64,000 bases of DNA. Origin: Moniliella sp. 'wahieum' (taxonomy: Eukaryota). Positions 37,305 to 54,434 of the stretch are shown one piece after another. Position 1 is the stretch's first letter. Every line of letters starts with the position of its first letter. The notes beneath the pieces are model-generated. The model ran no database searches. It saw only the letters and a list, made by a program, of their open reading frames with translations, and was not told the origin of the DNA. Made by a program: the position numbers and the translations under genes. The stretch spans positions 1-64,000 of the forward strand of contig RSEE01000060.1 of the NCBI GenBank assembly GCA_003971905.1, written 5' to 3'.

Positions 37305-38253
37305 GACCCCCAAGGATGCCTTTTTGTAATCCCCAGTGCCGCTGTGTGTCCGACGTGGAAGACTTGCATTATTACCGATACGCACACGATAGCAAGTCCT
37401 GTTAGCCAGCACCTCTGTCTGTTTTCTGGAGAGGCAACAGAAGAGGTGTAAAGAACCACGGATGTATATAAGGAATGGGAAACGCAGCAAAATCAGACGT
37501 ACTTGTTGTCGGAAATGTCTTTCTCCCCTCGTTGGCATGTATTGCAGCAATAAGGCACCCATAGGTGCCGGAAGCAACACAACTCACCAAGGTCCAACCC
37601 GACCCCAATCAGGGCCTGTGTTGATACTGTGACTGACTTGCCCAGTTGGGGCGCACTTCCCGAACCACTGAGCTCCGATGCTCCGCGGACCCCGAAGGTT
37701 GATGTGGCGTGCGTTTGGCCACGTCGTATACAAGCCACTGGCAGCCATCAGTGAGTACATGAGCAGCTTTCTCCGGCAGTACTCTTCGTACACCCAACCA
37801 CCACCACCACCCATCTCTCGCAAGCCAGTGGTGGCCTACGCTGCTGTCCTAATACACCTCAGCCGCCATTGCAGTCTCTGTGGCCGGGTGAATGAGGAGG
37901 GACGTGGCTACGCCTATAAATAGTAGGCTCTTGATTGGTCGAGGAACGCCACATGCTGGATGTGGACGCCTCAATTGAGGGAGAAGACATCTGTTGAACG
38001 TTTAAGCTAAACGCTGAAATTAAAAGCCACCATGGTGCCCGATGTTCGATGACCGATGACCGATGACCGATGACCGATGATGGGACAGGCGATCGGTGAC
38101 CCCCGCAATTTCTTTGCACCGATCTCTTGCCTCCTCTCTCTGTTCGTATCCTGGTCCTGTTTTTTGGTGGCACACCGACAAGCCAACCACGACCCGGCCG
38201 TTTGGAGCGAGCCCTGCCCCCGGCCAAGGTTCAACAGGGGTGTCCCAGCCGCG

Positions 38254-39213
38254 ATGTCCAGCTCCAGCTCCAGCTCAAGCACCCGTGCAGCCCCCGCGCC
38301 GCGCACCGCGTCCGCGTCGTTGGTCAAGCGGCTGGAGCGGGATACGAAGCGCAACTGGGACGTGTTCTACAAGCAGAACGAGACGCGTTTCTACAAGGAC
38401 CGGCACTGGCAAGACCACGAGTTTGGAGCGTTGGAGTGCGCTTCTGCCGCTGTGGCCGGGGACGAGGCGACCTCGGCGGCGGGGGACGAGTTTGGTGTGC
38501 TGCCCGCCGATGCTCCTTTGGTCCATCCGGTCCTGTTGGAGCTCGGGTGCGGGGTGGGCAACGCCCTGTTCCCGCTTCTCAGCCGCTACCCTACGCTTAC
38601 TGCCCACTGCTGCGACTTTTCCCCGCGAGCGATCGCGTTTGTGCAGCAGCACGCGCAGTACGACCCGCACCGAGTGCACGCGTTCGTATGGGACTTGACC
38701 GCTGGTCCGCCCCACTCGTTGGCCGAGCAAGTCCGCAGCGACCTGCGTGCCGGCTCTGGGTCGGACGAGCTGCCGGTTATCGGCACGCCCACCGTAATCA
38801 ACATGATTTTCGTCTTGTCGGCCATCCCGCCCACGGAGCAGGCAGCGGTCCTGAAGCGGATTGTGACCTGCTTTGACCCGGCGGTAGGTGGCGTGGTGCG
38901 GTTCAGGGACTATGCCGAGGGCGACCTGGCGCAGACGCGGTACGACAGCAAGGACGCCAAGAGTCCCACGTACTATGAGCCTGCCCGGCTCGACCCCAGT
39001 CTGCCGTACTACCGTCGTGGTGCCGATGGCACGCTTGCCTACTTTTTCCGCCCGGACCACCTGGCTGCCTTGGCCGCCGCAGCCGGGCTCCAAGGCCCCC
39101 CTCCAACGATCCAGGAACGCACCGTCGTCAATCGCAAACAGCAATCTACCATGCACCGCCGTTTTATTCAGGCCCAATGGACCTTCCCTCCGCAACCCCC
39201 AAGCAGCAGCTGA
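38254..39213 (+). CDS. tRNA m3C32 methyltransferase (METTL6/Trm140-141 family)
   Basis: NWDVFYKQNETRFYKDRHW, LLELGCGVGNALFPL, CCDFSPRAI, IFVLSAI, FRDYAEGDLAQTR, DGTLAYFF, MHRRFIQAQW; intact ORF. Confidence 0.92.
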   Translation: MSSSSSSSSTRAAPAPRTASASLVKRLERDTKRNWDVFYKQNETRFYKDRHWQDHEFGALECASAAVAGDEATSAAGDEFGVLPADAPLVHPVLLELGCGVGNALFPLLSRYPTLTAHCCDFSPRAIAFVQQHAQYDPHRVHAFVWDLTAGPPHSLAEQVRSDLRAGSGSDELPVIGTPTVINMIFVLSAIPPTEQAAVLKRIVTCFDPAVGGVVRFRDYAEGDLAQTRYDSKDAKSPTYYEPARLDPSLPYYRRGADGTLAYFFRPDHLAALAAAAGLQGPPPTIQERTVVNRKQQSTMHRRFIQAQWTFPPQPPSSS

Positions 39214-39312
39214 TCCTCCGCCTCGGCTCCACTAGCTTACAGCGCACCGCCTATTAAAAGCATCATCGACTTGCTCATCGCAGTCTCTCCCGGTGAAGCC
39301 ACGGGAGATTCA

Positions 39313-42927
<3,615 letters not shown>

Positions 42928-44582
42928 GCCGAGCGGGTGGCGGGGCGAAGAAGGGCGGCGGCGGATGGGCGACGGGCGGCCCAAGCGCAGCTGGGCGTGT
43001 GCGTCGGCTGGGCGGGGCAGTGAATGGGCGGCTGCCGGCTGCTCTGTGCAAGCGATGGAGAGCGAACTCCGTGGGCCCTATCCTCTCAGACGTGTTTTAA
43101 GAGCGCACATATATATTTACTCGCCGCTCACGCGCTCAGCGCTCAGCTGTGGCTGTTGGCAGACGGTGCGGCCAAGCCACTGGGCGTGCACCACAGCTAG
43201 CCCACATATGCCACCTGTGTCCCACGCAGCGGAGGCGGATCCAGCGGATGCAGCCCATCCTCCAGCTTGTCCGCCTCATCCTTCCCATCCAGCTCGTCCG
43301 CTCGCTCGCAGCATCGAAGCACATCGAAGGACTGTCGTGAGAGGCTACTCATGGCAGCGGCGGGGCTCCATCCGTCACTTGCCCGGTACCACGACGAACA
43401 GTATGTGATGCCATGCCCCTGCATCACACATCAGGCATCCTCGCTTGTGGCAATGTGACATGTGACATGTGGCAGCGACCCTTGTACCAAGCTGTACCTA
43501 GGAAAGCTCTCTTCTTCTTTTTCAGAGCGCCATCGAGCCGGCGAGTCTGCTAGTCCCACACGCCGCCATCCTGACATCGACACAGAAGAGCTTAATCGAT
43601 AATCGAGGTGTCAGCTTCCACTACGACCGCGTGATTACAACTGGTCAAGCTGGTCAAGGAGCTGGTCAAGAAGCTGGTCAAACTGCTGCAAACGCTTCTT
43701 CAAGCTTCCAAAGTGCTTTCAGGGAGAAATGAATAGTGGAATATCTCCTGCGATAAACGCCTCTTTCGACCCTCCCTGAGGCCTTAGGCCTTAGGCGTAG
43801 GCGTTATCGATTGCTCGATTCTCGCATCTGCCTACTGTCCTCGGCAACCTCCTGCTGGAATCTCAGTCTGAGATCTGAGACGCCGCTCCTTCTAGTGTGG
43901 CAGTCAGATCTCAGAACGAGTGGCAACAGTCTCAGATTCCACCAATCAAAGACGAAGTAAACTTTAGAACAAGTAACTAGTAAGTAGTAACTTTAGAATT
44001 TTACCGGAAGCGCGGGCCTTGCACTGTTCAAGCTCGGACTAGCTAAGACGCCCGCTCCGTCTCGGCCGCTCGCCGACGTTTCAAGCTACCCATATCAAGA
44101 CCAATGTACCCAGCACTTGTACCCAGGACGAGGCGGTCCCGTTCCGCCTTTTTCCGCTATTTCCTGTTGCGCTTCCAGCCGGCTGCCTTCCCCCTGATTG
44201 CATCCACACCACCTCTTCCCCTGCCTTGCTTGCCTGCCGCTACCACAGCACTCGTCAGCGTTTTCTCCCTCTACTACTCAATTCAACACTCAGTCTTGAG
44301 TCAGCTCAGGTACTCAGCCTGTAAGCACCTGCCTTATGGGGACCAGCTTCACGAATCAAGATCATCATCAAGGAGGATCCGGTAGGTACCCGCCCTTGCG
44401 CCCTCCGGCAAAGGGGAAACCAAAGCGAGCACCACGCTGTTGCTCCTGTCACTCAGCCTTATAGGACAAACGATTGCCACATGGTGCATAGCCCAAAGTT
44501 CCCAGCGAATCCCATTGGTCCGGTAGACACGCGCAAAGAAAACATGTGGAATGGAATTGCGGCCCCAGGGCAAAGCCAAGGC

Positions 44583-45775
<1,193 letters not shown>

Positions 45776-46600
45776 CGTGCCTTGCTGAGGGGGTCGGGGG
45801 GGGGGCAGGGGTGGTGGGAAGAAGAGAGGCGGGACGGGAGATGGAACAGCTGGGCTGGCTTTGCCTTGGCTTGGATTCGAGGCGCCGTTTGGGTTTGCGC
45901 AGGGGCAGCCAGCCCCCGCATGGTGCCGCACCGCAGGCGCTGCAGGGGGGCAGTGTTGCGCGCCACACCCGCGGCGCGACACTGGCGCTGCGCTGGAGCA
46001 GCCAGCGGGGGGCGGCTGGGCGGCGGCGTGCATCGGCGCCGTCATGCATCAGCGCATCCGCAGGCATAGCCTAAGCGCTAAGCGCATAAGCCCACTCGTG
46101 CCAGGGCGAGCGCAGGGGGGCACTGCAGGGGGGCAGTGCTACGTGGCCCCCGCTGCGTATGACGTGGATGACGCGCTGACGTAAGGAGCCTACCTATGCC
46201 TGCGCCGTCTGGCCAGCCCACTGACGGCATCACTAGTCACTAGTCACTGGTCACTGCCAGCCCCTGGCCAGCCCCGTATTCGACACGGACGAGGATCACC
46301 GATTCGATGAGGCCCATCCCGCATCACCCATTGCACCAGCCGTTGCAGCCAGGTCAAGCTCTCTTGAACGTTTCAGCCACACGAACCGAGCGAGCGCACA
46401 GGTTGCGTCTGTGCACGGCCGGAATACCTTACCTAATCCAACGACTTCTTCCGACTTCGACCCATTTCCCCTCCTTTCCCCCGTCTGGACGTGGTGCGGG
46501 AGCCGAGCGCGGCGGGCTTTAAGCACGCCTGCGGGCCCGTGCTGCGCCCTCTCCCCACCACACACGCCTCCTTCCCGCGCGCCCCCGCCCTCCTCCCAGC

Positions 46601-47846
46601 ATGTCCACCGCACCCACCCTGCCCGAGCCGGCGCCCGGCAACCCGATTGTCTTCTCGATGTCACGCTCGACGGCAGCAAGAGCCAAGCGCATCGTGCTCG
46701 AGCTCTTCAAACAACGCCCAAGACGGCCGAGAACTTCCGTGCACTAACGACGGGCGAAAAGGGCAATGCGACCACCGGCCAACCGCTATGCTTCAAGAGT
46801 TCTACCTTCCACCGTGTCATCCCCAAGTTCATGATCCAAGGTGGCGACTTTACCCGCGGAAACGGCACGGGCGGCGAGTCGATTTACGGTGCCAAGTTTG
46901 AGGATGAGAATCTCGAAGGGAAGCACGACCAGCCGTTTTTGCTTTCGATGGCCAATGCCGGACCCAACACCAACGGCAGCCAGTTCTTCATCACCACGGC
47001 CACGGCCAGCCATCTGAACGGCAAGCATGTTGTCTTTGGTCGTGTCTTGTCAGGCAAGAATGTGGTTCGGCAGATTGAGCACACACCGACTGGCGCCAAC
47101 GACACGCCCGTGCAGCCCGTGACGATTGTGGACTCTGGAGAGCTGTCGCCTGCGACGTGGAAGGAAGAGACCAAGCAAGATGTGCTGGACAAGTTCCCTG
47201 ACTACCCGGAAGACTATGGCAGTGAGCTCTTGGAAGAAGACGTATGTATCGCATCTACTACTACCCTCTGGGAATTTTGTGCTGACCCTGTAGGATAGCC
47301 CCACAAGGCCTTGGATGCTGCTGAAGAGATCAAGGCGCACGGTACGACCTTCTTCAAGGCTGGCGATTACCCAAGGCCCTAGCGCAATGGCAAAAGGCTG
47401 TGCGCTACGTGCTAGTGCACCCTGTCACGCCCGAAAGCCACCCGAGGCTGAGGCGATTGAAAAACGGAGGAACGACATGTTTACCTCGCTGCAGCTCAAC
47501 ATTGCCCTTGCTGCCCTCAAGGTGACACCTACTTCGAGTGCGATGCAGAACGTGGCTATCAAGGAGGCCAACTCGATCCTGGCTCGGACCGAGGCTGTTT
47601 CGCTGCTCGATGCGCCCCAAGACAAGCTTCCGGACACCAAGGGATCGATTGCCAAGGCATTTTACCGCCGTGCGATGGCCTACAGCGCGGGCAAGCGTTA
47701 CGAAGATGCATTGAAGGACCTTGGACTCTGCCCTGCACTTTGCCCCCACGGACCAGGGGATCAAGAATGAGCGAAGGGCGGTGGCTAGCAAGATGGACCA
47801 GCGCCGCAAGGCCGAACGCGCAGCATACAGCAAAATGTTCAAGTAA
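46601..47846 (+). CDS. CPR6: Cyclophilin 40 (PPIase D with TPR domain, Cpr6/Cpr7-like)
   Basis: [63 protein letters not shown] region [10 protein letters not shown]; ends AYSKMFK; intron 47242-47293. Confidence 0.93.
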
Positions 47847-48015
47847 CCTGCTACCACCATCCTTGGGTGGGAACCTCATCGGTCTGTCTGTACCCCCTTG
47901 CAATGCATATACAAGCCATGGGGTCTATGTTCCCTTCCATAGTTGACTCCCAGGCAACTTCAAAACCGGACCGCTGATTAATTTTTGAGCGCGAAGAGGT
48001 GGAGTCAGAACGAAG

Positions 48016-49314
48016 CTACTCAGATGGAGGTGCTCCAGGGCACGCGGTGAACCGGCTCCCCTGCGCCTGCCACGGGAGCGGTGGCGGCTGTGTCTGCGCT
48101 TGCGCCGGTGCCTGCGCCTCCCCCTGCGACGGACGCTCAAGGCGGACGTCTACCGGCCATCCCCGCAGATCCTTGCCATTCAACATGCTGACAACCTTGT
48201 CGGCCCCCGCCTTGTCCGGCACCACCACCACTCCCATCCCGCCCCCATGCACATCCGCACGTACCGGCGGCACCCCCGTCGTCCGCACCATATCCTTCAG
48301 ATCTTTCCACCCCACCTCTGGCGCCAACTAGTTCACCTCGTCAGTTCGGGTCGGGAGCATGGCAGGCTAGAAGGGAAAAGAAAACATACGTTAGAAATCA
48401 ACACTGTCACCCCATCTCCCCCGGGGCGCCCATGGTGCCCGGGCGCGGGCGGGTGGAGAAGCGGCTAGCCTCCCGATCTTCTCGGACAAACACCCTGCGC
48501 CCAGCAAAGGTAGCTTCGTTCAGCTGATAGATGGCGCGTTGGCATCGTCCTGCGTCGCATACTCCACAATGCCACACCTTTGCTCTGACCATTGGGCAGA
48601 GTAAGGATATCGGCAAACAGGACGTTGCCCGCCGAGCGCATGAAATCCTTCAATTCGGTCCAGCGCACATTGTACGGCAGATTGCCACATACACACGATT
48701 CCTCTGCCGCTCCACATCGGGGCAGGGAAGCCTCCTGCTCCTGTTCCAGCTGCTAGCCCTGCTCCTGTTCCTGCTCCTGCTCCGACTCCTACTCCTACTC
48801 CTGCTCCTCCGCCCATGCTGCCGGTACTGCCTCCACCATAGGAAGCAGGAGGACCCACCGAGCCCGGGGGAGGCGGCTGCGCGTACCCGCCATACGGCGG
48901 GCGGTAGCTGTCGCGGTACGGTGGACGGTAGCTGTCGCGGTACGGTTCGCCATACGGCTCACGGTACTTGTCACGATACGTGTCGCGGTACGTGTCGCGG
49001 TACGGCTCGCGGTCGGGGTACGGAGGAGCGTCCCGTAGGTGGAGGGATCGATGCTGCACGGGTACGCGTACGAGGTGGGCGCGCCGCATAGTGGTTGGGC
49101 GGCTCGGCGTAGGGAGAGGCGGCAGCGGCCGCGGCACTGGCACTGGCAGGGGCAGCGGCAGCGCCAGTGGCGGGGCGGTGCGGGCGGGGTTGTACTCGTC
49201 CCGCGACGCGCGGAGGCTCGGAGACGAGGCACGGCGTGGCTCAGGCGAGTGGGAGCGGCGGTGGCCGGCGTAGTACTCGGCGCGCGGCGGCGGGTACGCG
49301 GGCGTGTCGGCCAT
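48016..49314 (-). CDS. Gbp2/Hrb1-like RRM protein with SR/RD-rich N-terminus
   Basis: [56 protein letters not shown]; second RRM LAPEVGWKDLKDMVR; YRD/YRE repeats; intron 48328-48389. Confidence 0.85.
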
Positions 49315-50973
49315 GGCGGGCGGTGGGGGCGGACGGTGGAGGTGGTCAGAGGCCGCAGGCTGCCGATGGACGCTGGGCCGCTCCGAGCCGACAGGCTGGC
49401 TGATGAGGTCATCCATCATCCACCCGCTTGGCGTGGAAGAGGAATTGGAAGGATTAGGTAAGCCAATACTGCAAATTCAATATTTACTCTTGGTCGAACG
49501 GATTGGAGCGGGGAGCGCATCGATTTTTTGACAGTTTGGCTGGACCGAAGAGCCCATGATCGCATGATCGGAATGGGTGGATCATGTATACTCCTTCTCC
49601 TCCCATCCAGACCCCCCACATCCATCCACCTCCCATTCCCCATACACACAGCACCCTCACAGCAGGACCCACCGTGCTCGTTGCCATCGATTCCAGAGCT
49701 TACATTGTGCCATGTGCATCCACACAGAGTGCATGTTGGCGTTTTACCGCGGTTACGCCCCTCCGGTTGGAGAACAGGCCTCCCACATGTAAGCGAACTT
49801 GCACAGCAACCTTTGCAAAAGAGGAACACGCGTGTGAAAACTCATGCACTGGATCTGGGCCAGAAACCTCATGCCTTGCACAACGGCTCCTGGGAATGAG
49901 AAAAAGGTGTGCATTCTGGGAGAAAGGAAAGGCTCCCATATGACAACTGAAGCGAAAGGTGGAAATTGGGAAAATGGCAGCCACTCATCGCTTTGTTCGT
50001 GGTTGGACACCTGTCTGTCCCTGTCGCCGCCGCCCCAAATGCGGGGGTCCAACTATCACTGTGTGGATGGCTCATTCATGTGGGTCTTTCTTCACCCCCG
50101 GCAACATATTGACGGAAAACATGCCCATCATTTTATAGATCTTGGTCAGCCTGGTCCCAGGCACTTTTGTGGCCCCATACTATATTCATCCACACATCGT
50201 ATCTCGCTAAAAACATGTTCGCCAACACGATGTGTACGCAGGCGGGCGCCCTCATCTCCATCCACTAACGAGTAGTATTCTGGGAGGTCCTCGCACCGAC
50301 CCTGATTCCCTTCAAGTGCATTCGCATTTTGCCTTGGGCCTGACCATGCCTCAAAACACCCTCATCGTCTCAACAATGGCTGTTCTACTGAGTGCGTTCT
50401 ATTGACAACCACGTCTATAGACGATTCCGAAGAGACTTGATACACAAAATGAAGGGCACAATTAGAAGTAACGCATAACTGACCTCATCATGTAACCTCA
50501 AGCATCATCTGCATCGCCCACAGCACCATGGGCCATGCATGTAGGTGCACATACGATGTGCGGGAATCTCGCCCCCATGTCTCGAGACGAATACAGAGGT
50601 TGAACATGCATGGCCACGCATTCAGTCCTGGGTATGGTAGCCACAGGTCATTAATATGTCGTGGCATATCAGTACGCGCGCCCACAGAGTGTACGCGGAG
50701 GTAGGACCATATAAGACCAGTACCAAGCGTAAGGCCCATGCGAGAAAACTAAAAGCGAGCAGATGGAATTCGATACTGGCAGGTCCGTGCACCCTGGGCG
50801 CGGGGGTTGTGTTCTGCGTCCAGTGAGGGCTGCGTCATAGAATGCACAGCGCGGGTTGCCCACGGGGGCAGTGGCAATTACCGGGCTTGGGCAGTTCGCG
50901 ATTATGTTGGCTTTTCGCTAACCGATAAGTGCGACCCCATCCCCTCGAGGCCCAACTTGGTTTCGTCCCACCA

Positions 50974-52800
50974 ATGTCTGCCTCCACGGAGCGTGCTCCC
51001 CTTCTGGGGTCAACGACCCCAACTACGCCTCGGTTGAGGCCCAGGATCCTGCTGCCACTGCTGAAGAGATTGCGCAGGAGAGCGCGTTCGAAGCCAGTGC
51101 GTCTTTCCCTTCCTGTTTGCGAGAATCAAACTGACGCGCTCGTCTCAGTCCAAGCCGCAGAGCATGGCGTTGACCCCGACTCGTCGGCTTTTGCGCCGCA
51201 CGTATCGCGCGTCTCGCTGCGTGGCGCGCCTGAAGAACCCGGATTGCCTCCCAAATCAGAGGTGCTGGTGATCTTGAGTGCGCTCTGGATCGGCAGTTTC
51301 CTCGCCGCCTTGGACGGGACGATTGTTGCGACCATTCTCGGCACGGTCGGTTCGGAGTTCAATGTGTCTAAGGAGATCTCGTGGCTTGGAACGTCCTACT
51401 TGCTACCCAGACAGGTTTCCAGCCACTGTACGGAAAGTGCTCCGACATTTTCGGACGCAAGCCTGCTACTCTCTTTGCCTCGGCAGTCTTTTTCCTTGGC
51501 TCGCTCCTTTGTGGGCTATCGCGCACGTTTACCCCAGCTTTGTCTTGCCCGTGCCTGGCCGGAATTGGCGGCGGGGTCTGACGACCATGTCGACCATTGT
51601 CACATCGGACCTGGTCTCACTCAAAGAGCGTGGCACGTACCAAGGCTTTGGTAACTGGTATATGCGGTTGGCGCCTCTGTTGGTGGGCCACTTGGAGGAG
51701 CGCTCGCCGACGGTGGCCTGGGATGGCGCTGGGCTTTCTTGATCCAGGTTCCGCTCTGTATGATCCACTTTGGCGTTGTCTCGGCCAAGGTCAAGATCCC
51801 GCCCGGCCCAGGTTCAATGATTGAGAAGTTGAAAAGGATTGACGCATTGGGTGGTGCGACGCTCGTCTTGTCCGTCACGCTTGTGCTACTTGCCCTCAGT
51901 TGGGGGGAAACACGCGCCCTTGGTCGGATGCCCTTGTGCTTTGCTCGCTCTTCAGTGGTATTGCACTGGCCGCAGGGTTTATCGTGGTGGAGAAGTACGT
52001 GGCACGGGAGCCGCTGATGCCGCTGCGTGTTCTTTTCCGGCGCACCCCTGGCGCCGTGGCATTGGCAGCACTCTTCACCTCGGTTAGCCAATTTGGGATC
52101 TTGTTCAACATTCCTCTCTACTTTACCACGATTGAGCGTACCTCCTCTTCCTACGCTGGTCTCCACTTGATCCCCAACTCAGTCCTTGCCTCCTCGTGCT
52201 CGATGGGCAGCGGCCTGATCATGGCCTGGACTGGACGCTACAAGCTAATGCTCCTCATCGTTTCGGCGGCGCGGCAGCGGTAGGCCCATTGGGAATGCTG
52301 TTCTGGCACCAGGGCACGTCTGAGTGGTTCTATTGGCTAATGATGCCCTGGAATGGCATTGGCTTTGGTGGCATCCTGACCATCACGCTTGTTGCGCTCA
52401 TTGCCTCGGTTGATCCAGCTGACATGTCAGCCGCAACCGGCATGACGTACCTCTTCCGTGCTGTGGGTTCGATCAGTGGTGTGTCGGTTTCGCAAGCCAT
52501 CCTGCAGCCCGCTTGCAGACAACGCTCTCTGCTGCAGGGCTCAAGCCAAAGATTGTTTCGGCCATCCGTGACGATGTGAACGTGATTGGCACGTTGCCAC
52601 GCAAGCTCCGCGAAGCGGCGATTGGCGCCTACACCCATCTCTCCGCTCCGTCTTCCTATTCATTTTCCTTACGACTATCTGTGCCTTCTTGGCGACCATC
52701 CCCATCCAGGAATTTGCCCTTCCCGGAGCCAAGCCAGCCCAGGCCCCCCCGTCGGCCCGACACACGAAGCCCATTGCAGAGGAGGAGGAACCTGCGGTAA
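50974..52800 (+). CDS. MFS drug/H+ antiporter (DHA2/Vba-like)
   Basis: LWIGSFLAALDGTIVATIL, SWLGTSYLL, FQPLYGKCSDIFGRK, IVTSDLVSLKERGTYQG, WRWAFLIQVP, EPLMPLRVL, ATGMTYLFRAVGSISGVS; intron at about 51098-51148. End approximate. Confidence 0.92.
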
Positions 52801-53253
52801 ACTTTCTTGTCGTTTACTCTTGTTTTCTTTTCCCTTTTCCTTTTTCTTTTTTTCTCTTCCCTGTTTCCCTATCAATTCTTTCCCTTACTCGCATTATCAT
52901 CTCTTCTGAGGCAGTCAAGCACACAGAGAGAAACTGATTACCCACAATGGGATGAGAACAAAGTGTCAGAGTTGCAACTCGCAGGAGGAGCGCAGGGAGA
53001 GGGGTACCCCCGAAGAAACTGCATTAAGCTGCGGAGGTTGATGCCTACAAAAAAGTGTTTTAGCGTCGTCGATTATTGGGCAAAAAGGGCAGCTACCGTC
53101 GCGGTCGAGCTAGGGGAATTGTAACTGTAGGTTTTGTCCGAATAGCATGACAGGCAGTCGTAGCAGAGAAAAGGGAGTTCGTTTTTGGCATCTCTGTGCG
53201 AGAGACGTTACAATCTGCAATTTGGGGTGAAACTGGTGTTGTGTAACAAAAAA

Positions 53254-53351
53254 TCTCCCCTCTGGGAGTCGAACCCAGGACATTCAGAGCGGAAGGTTTC
53301 TTCCAATAGACCAATTACAATCTGACGCTCTTCCAACTGAGCTAAGGAGAG
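53254..53351 (-). tRNA. tRNA-Tyr(GTA) with a 25-nt intron
   Basis: Acceptor stem CTCTCCT/AGGGGAG with C1:G72 and A73 (eukaryotic Tyr identity). D arm GCTC-AGTTGGAA-GAGC; anticodon stem TCAGA/TCTGA with GTA; intron 53290-53314 at 37/38; T arm CTGGG-TTCGACT-CCCAG; T6 Pol III terminator follows. Confidence 0.93.
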
Positions 53352-53561
53352 GGCTGGGCTTGGGGGTCTCTGGATGGGTAATACTGACTAGTCTTTGTGT
53401 GCACGAATTACTTGACTCGCTCTTCTTTTGGACAGGGAGAACGCTACATTCCTAGTGGACACAAGTCTGTTCATTGATACGCTCACGTTCAAGTTCCCGT
53501 TCACATAAGAAATTGATATGCTCATCTTGTCCTTGTCTCCCCTTTGATTGCAGACCCGCGT

Positions 53562-54434
53562 TGCCACGGGCGGGCGCCGCCAGGGGGCCCGCCCTGGGGT
53601 TTTTGGGGTACAATCCCTTAGGCGACGGTAGTCGACTCACACGGTAGTTCGGGCTTATATGCTGGTTGGTGTGTCCGAGCGGAGCTAGGCGAGGAGAGGC
53701 CTTTGGTGGGCGGCTGCACGTGTGGCAAGGCTTCTTCGTCTGCACCGGCTTGGGCCGTAGTAAACGTGTCTGAAGCCTCCGGGACTTAGGGACGGAAGGA
53801 GGCAGAGGGGGACAAACACTGCCTCAACTGAGACTGGGAATCGACGCGACCAAAGGAGGCTCGCGCGACTGGACTGACGAAGGCTGGAGGACGAGGTCGG
53901 AGGAGATGTCGGACGCTAACAAGAGAGCTGCCTGTACTGGATCAATTGGCTGGAAAACGGGCAGGAGTCGGACAGGATAGGCGAGAGGGTAGACGAGGGG
54001 GTTGAGACGAGAGGGGGACGAGAATTGACGAGAGGATGACGAGAATGGAAGGGGGGGAAAAGATCCCCATCGACCAGGGGTACAGGCAGGATCAAAAGGG
54101 AAACGGATACAAGAGGGGATGTAGAAAGGAAGACACGTCAAAAGCGGGGGTGGTCGCCGCAGGCGCGACCGAGAAAGGAAAAGGAAACGGGGACGGGGCG
54201 ACAGACGTCGCCACGGCACTGGAAGCTCGGTGGCCTTATTCAGGCCGGCCGACTTGGACTTGGGCGGGGGGCGACTATTGCCGCGCAGATGCATGGCCCT
54301 TCGGCCACGATGCTTAATTTAGCCAACCATCATCACACTTGGTTGGCCTGCTGAGCACGCTCTACTGGGCATGTGCGGAGCAGGCGGGCCTTAGCTTGGG
54401 TCGGACCATCTCGTGTCCGCCGCAGCCCGTGACA
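53562..54434 (-). mobile_element. Solo LTR, family 1, copy C
   Basis: Minus strand TGTCAC...GTGGCA, 873 bp, close match to copy B; flanks CGCGT / CGCGG (4 of 5 TSD match). Confidence 0.9.
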
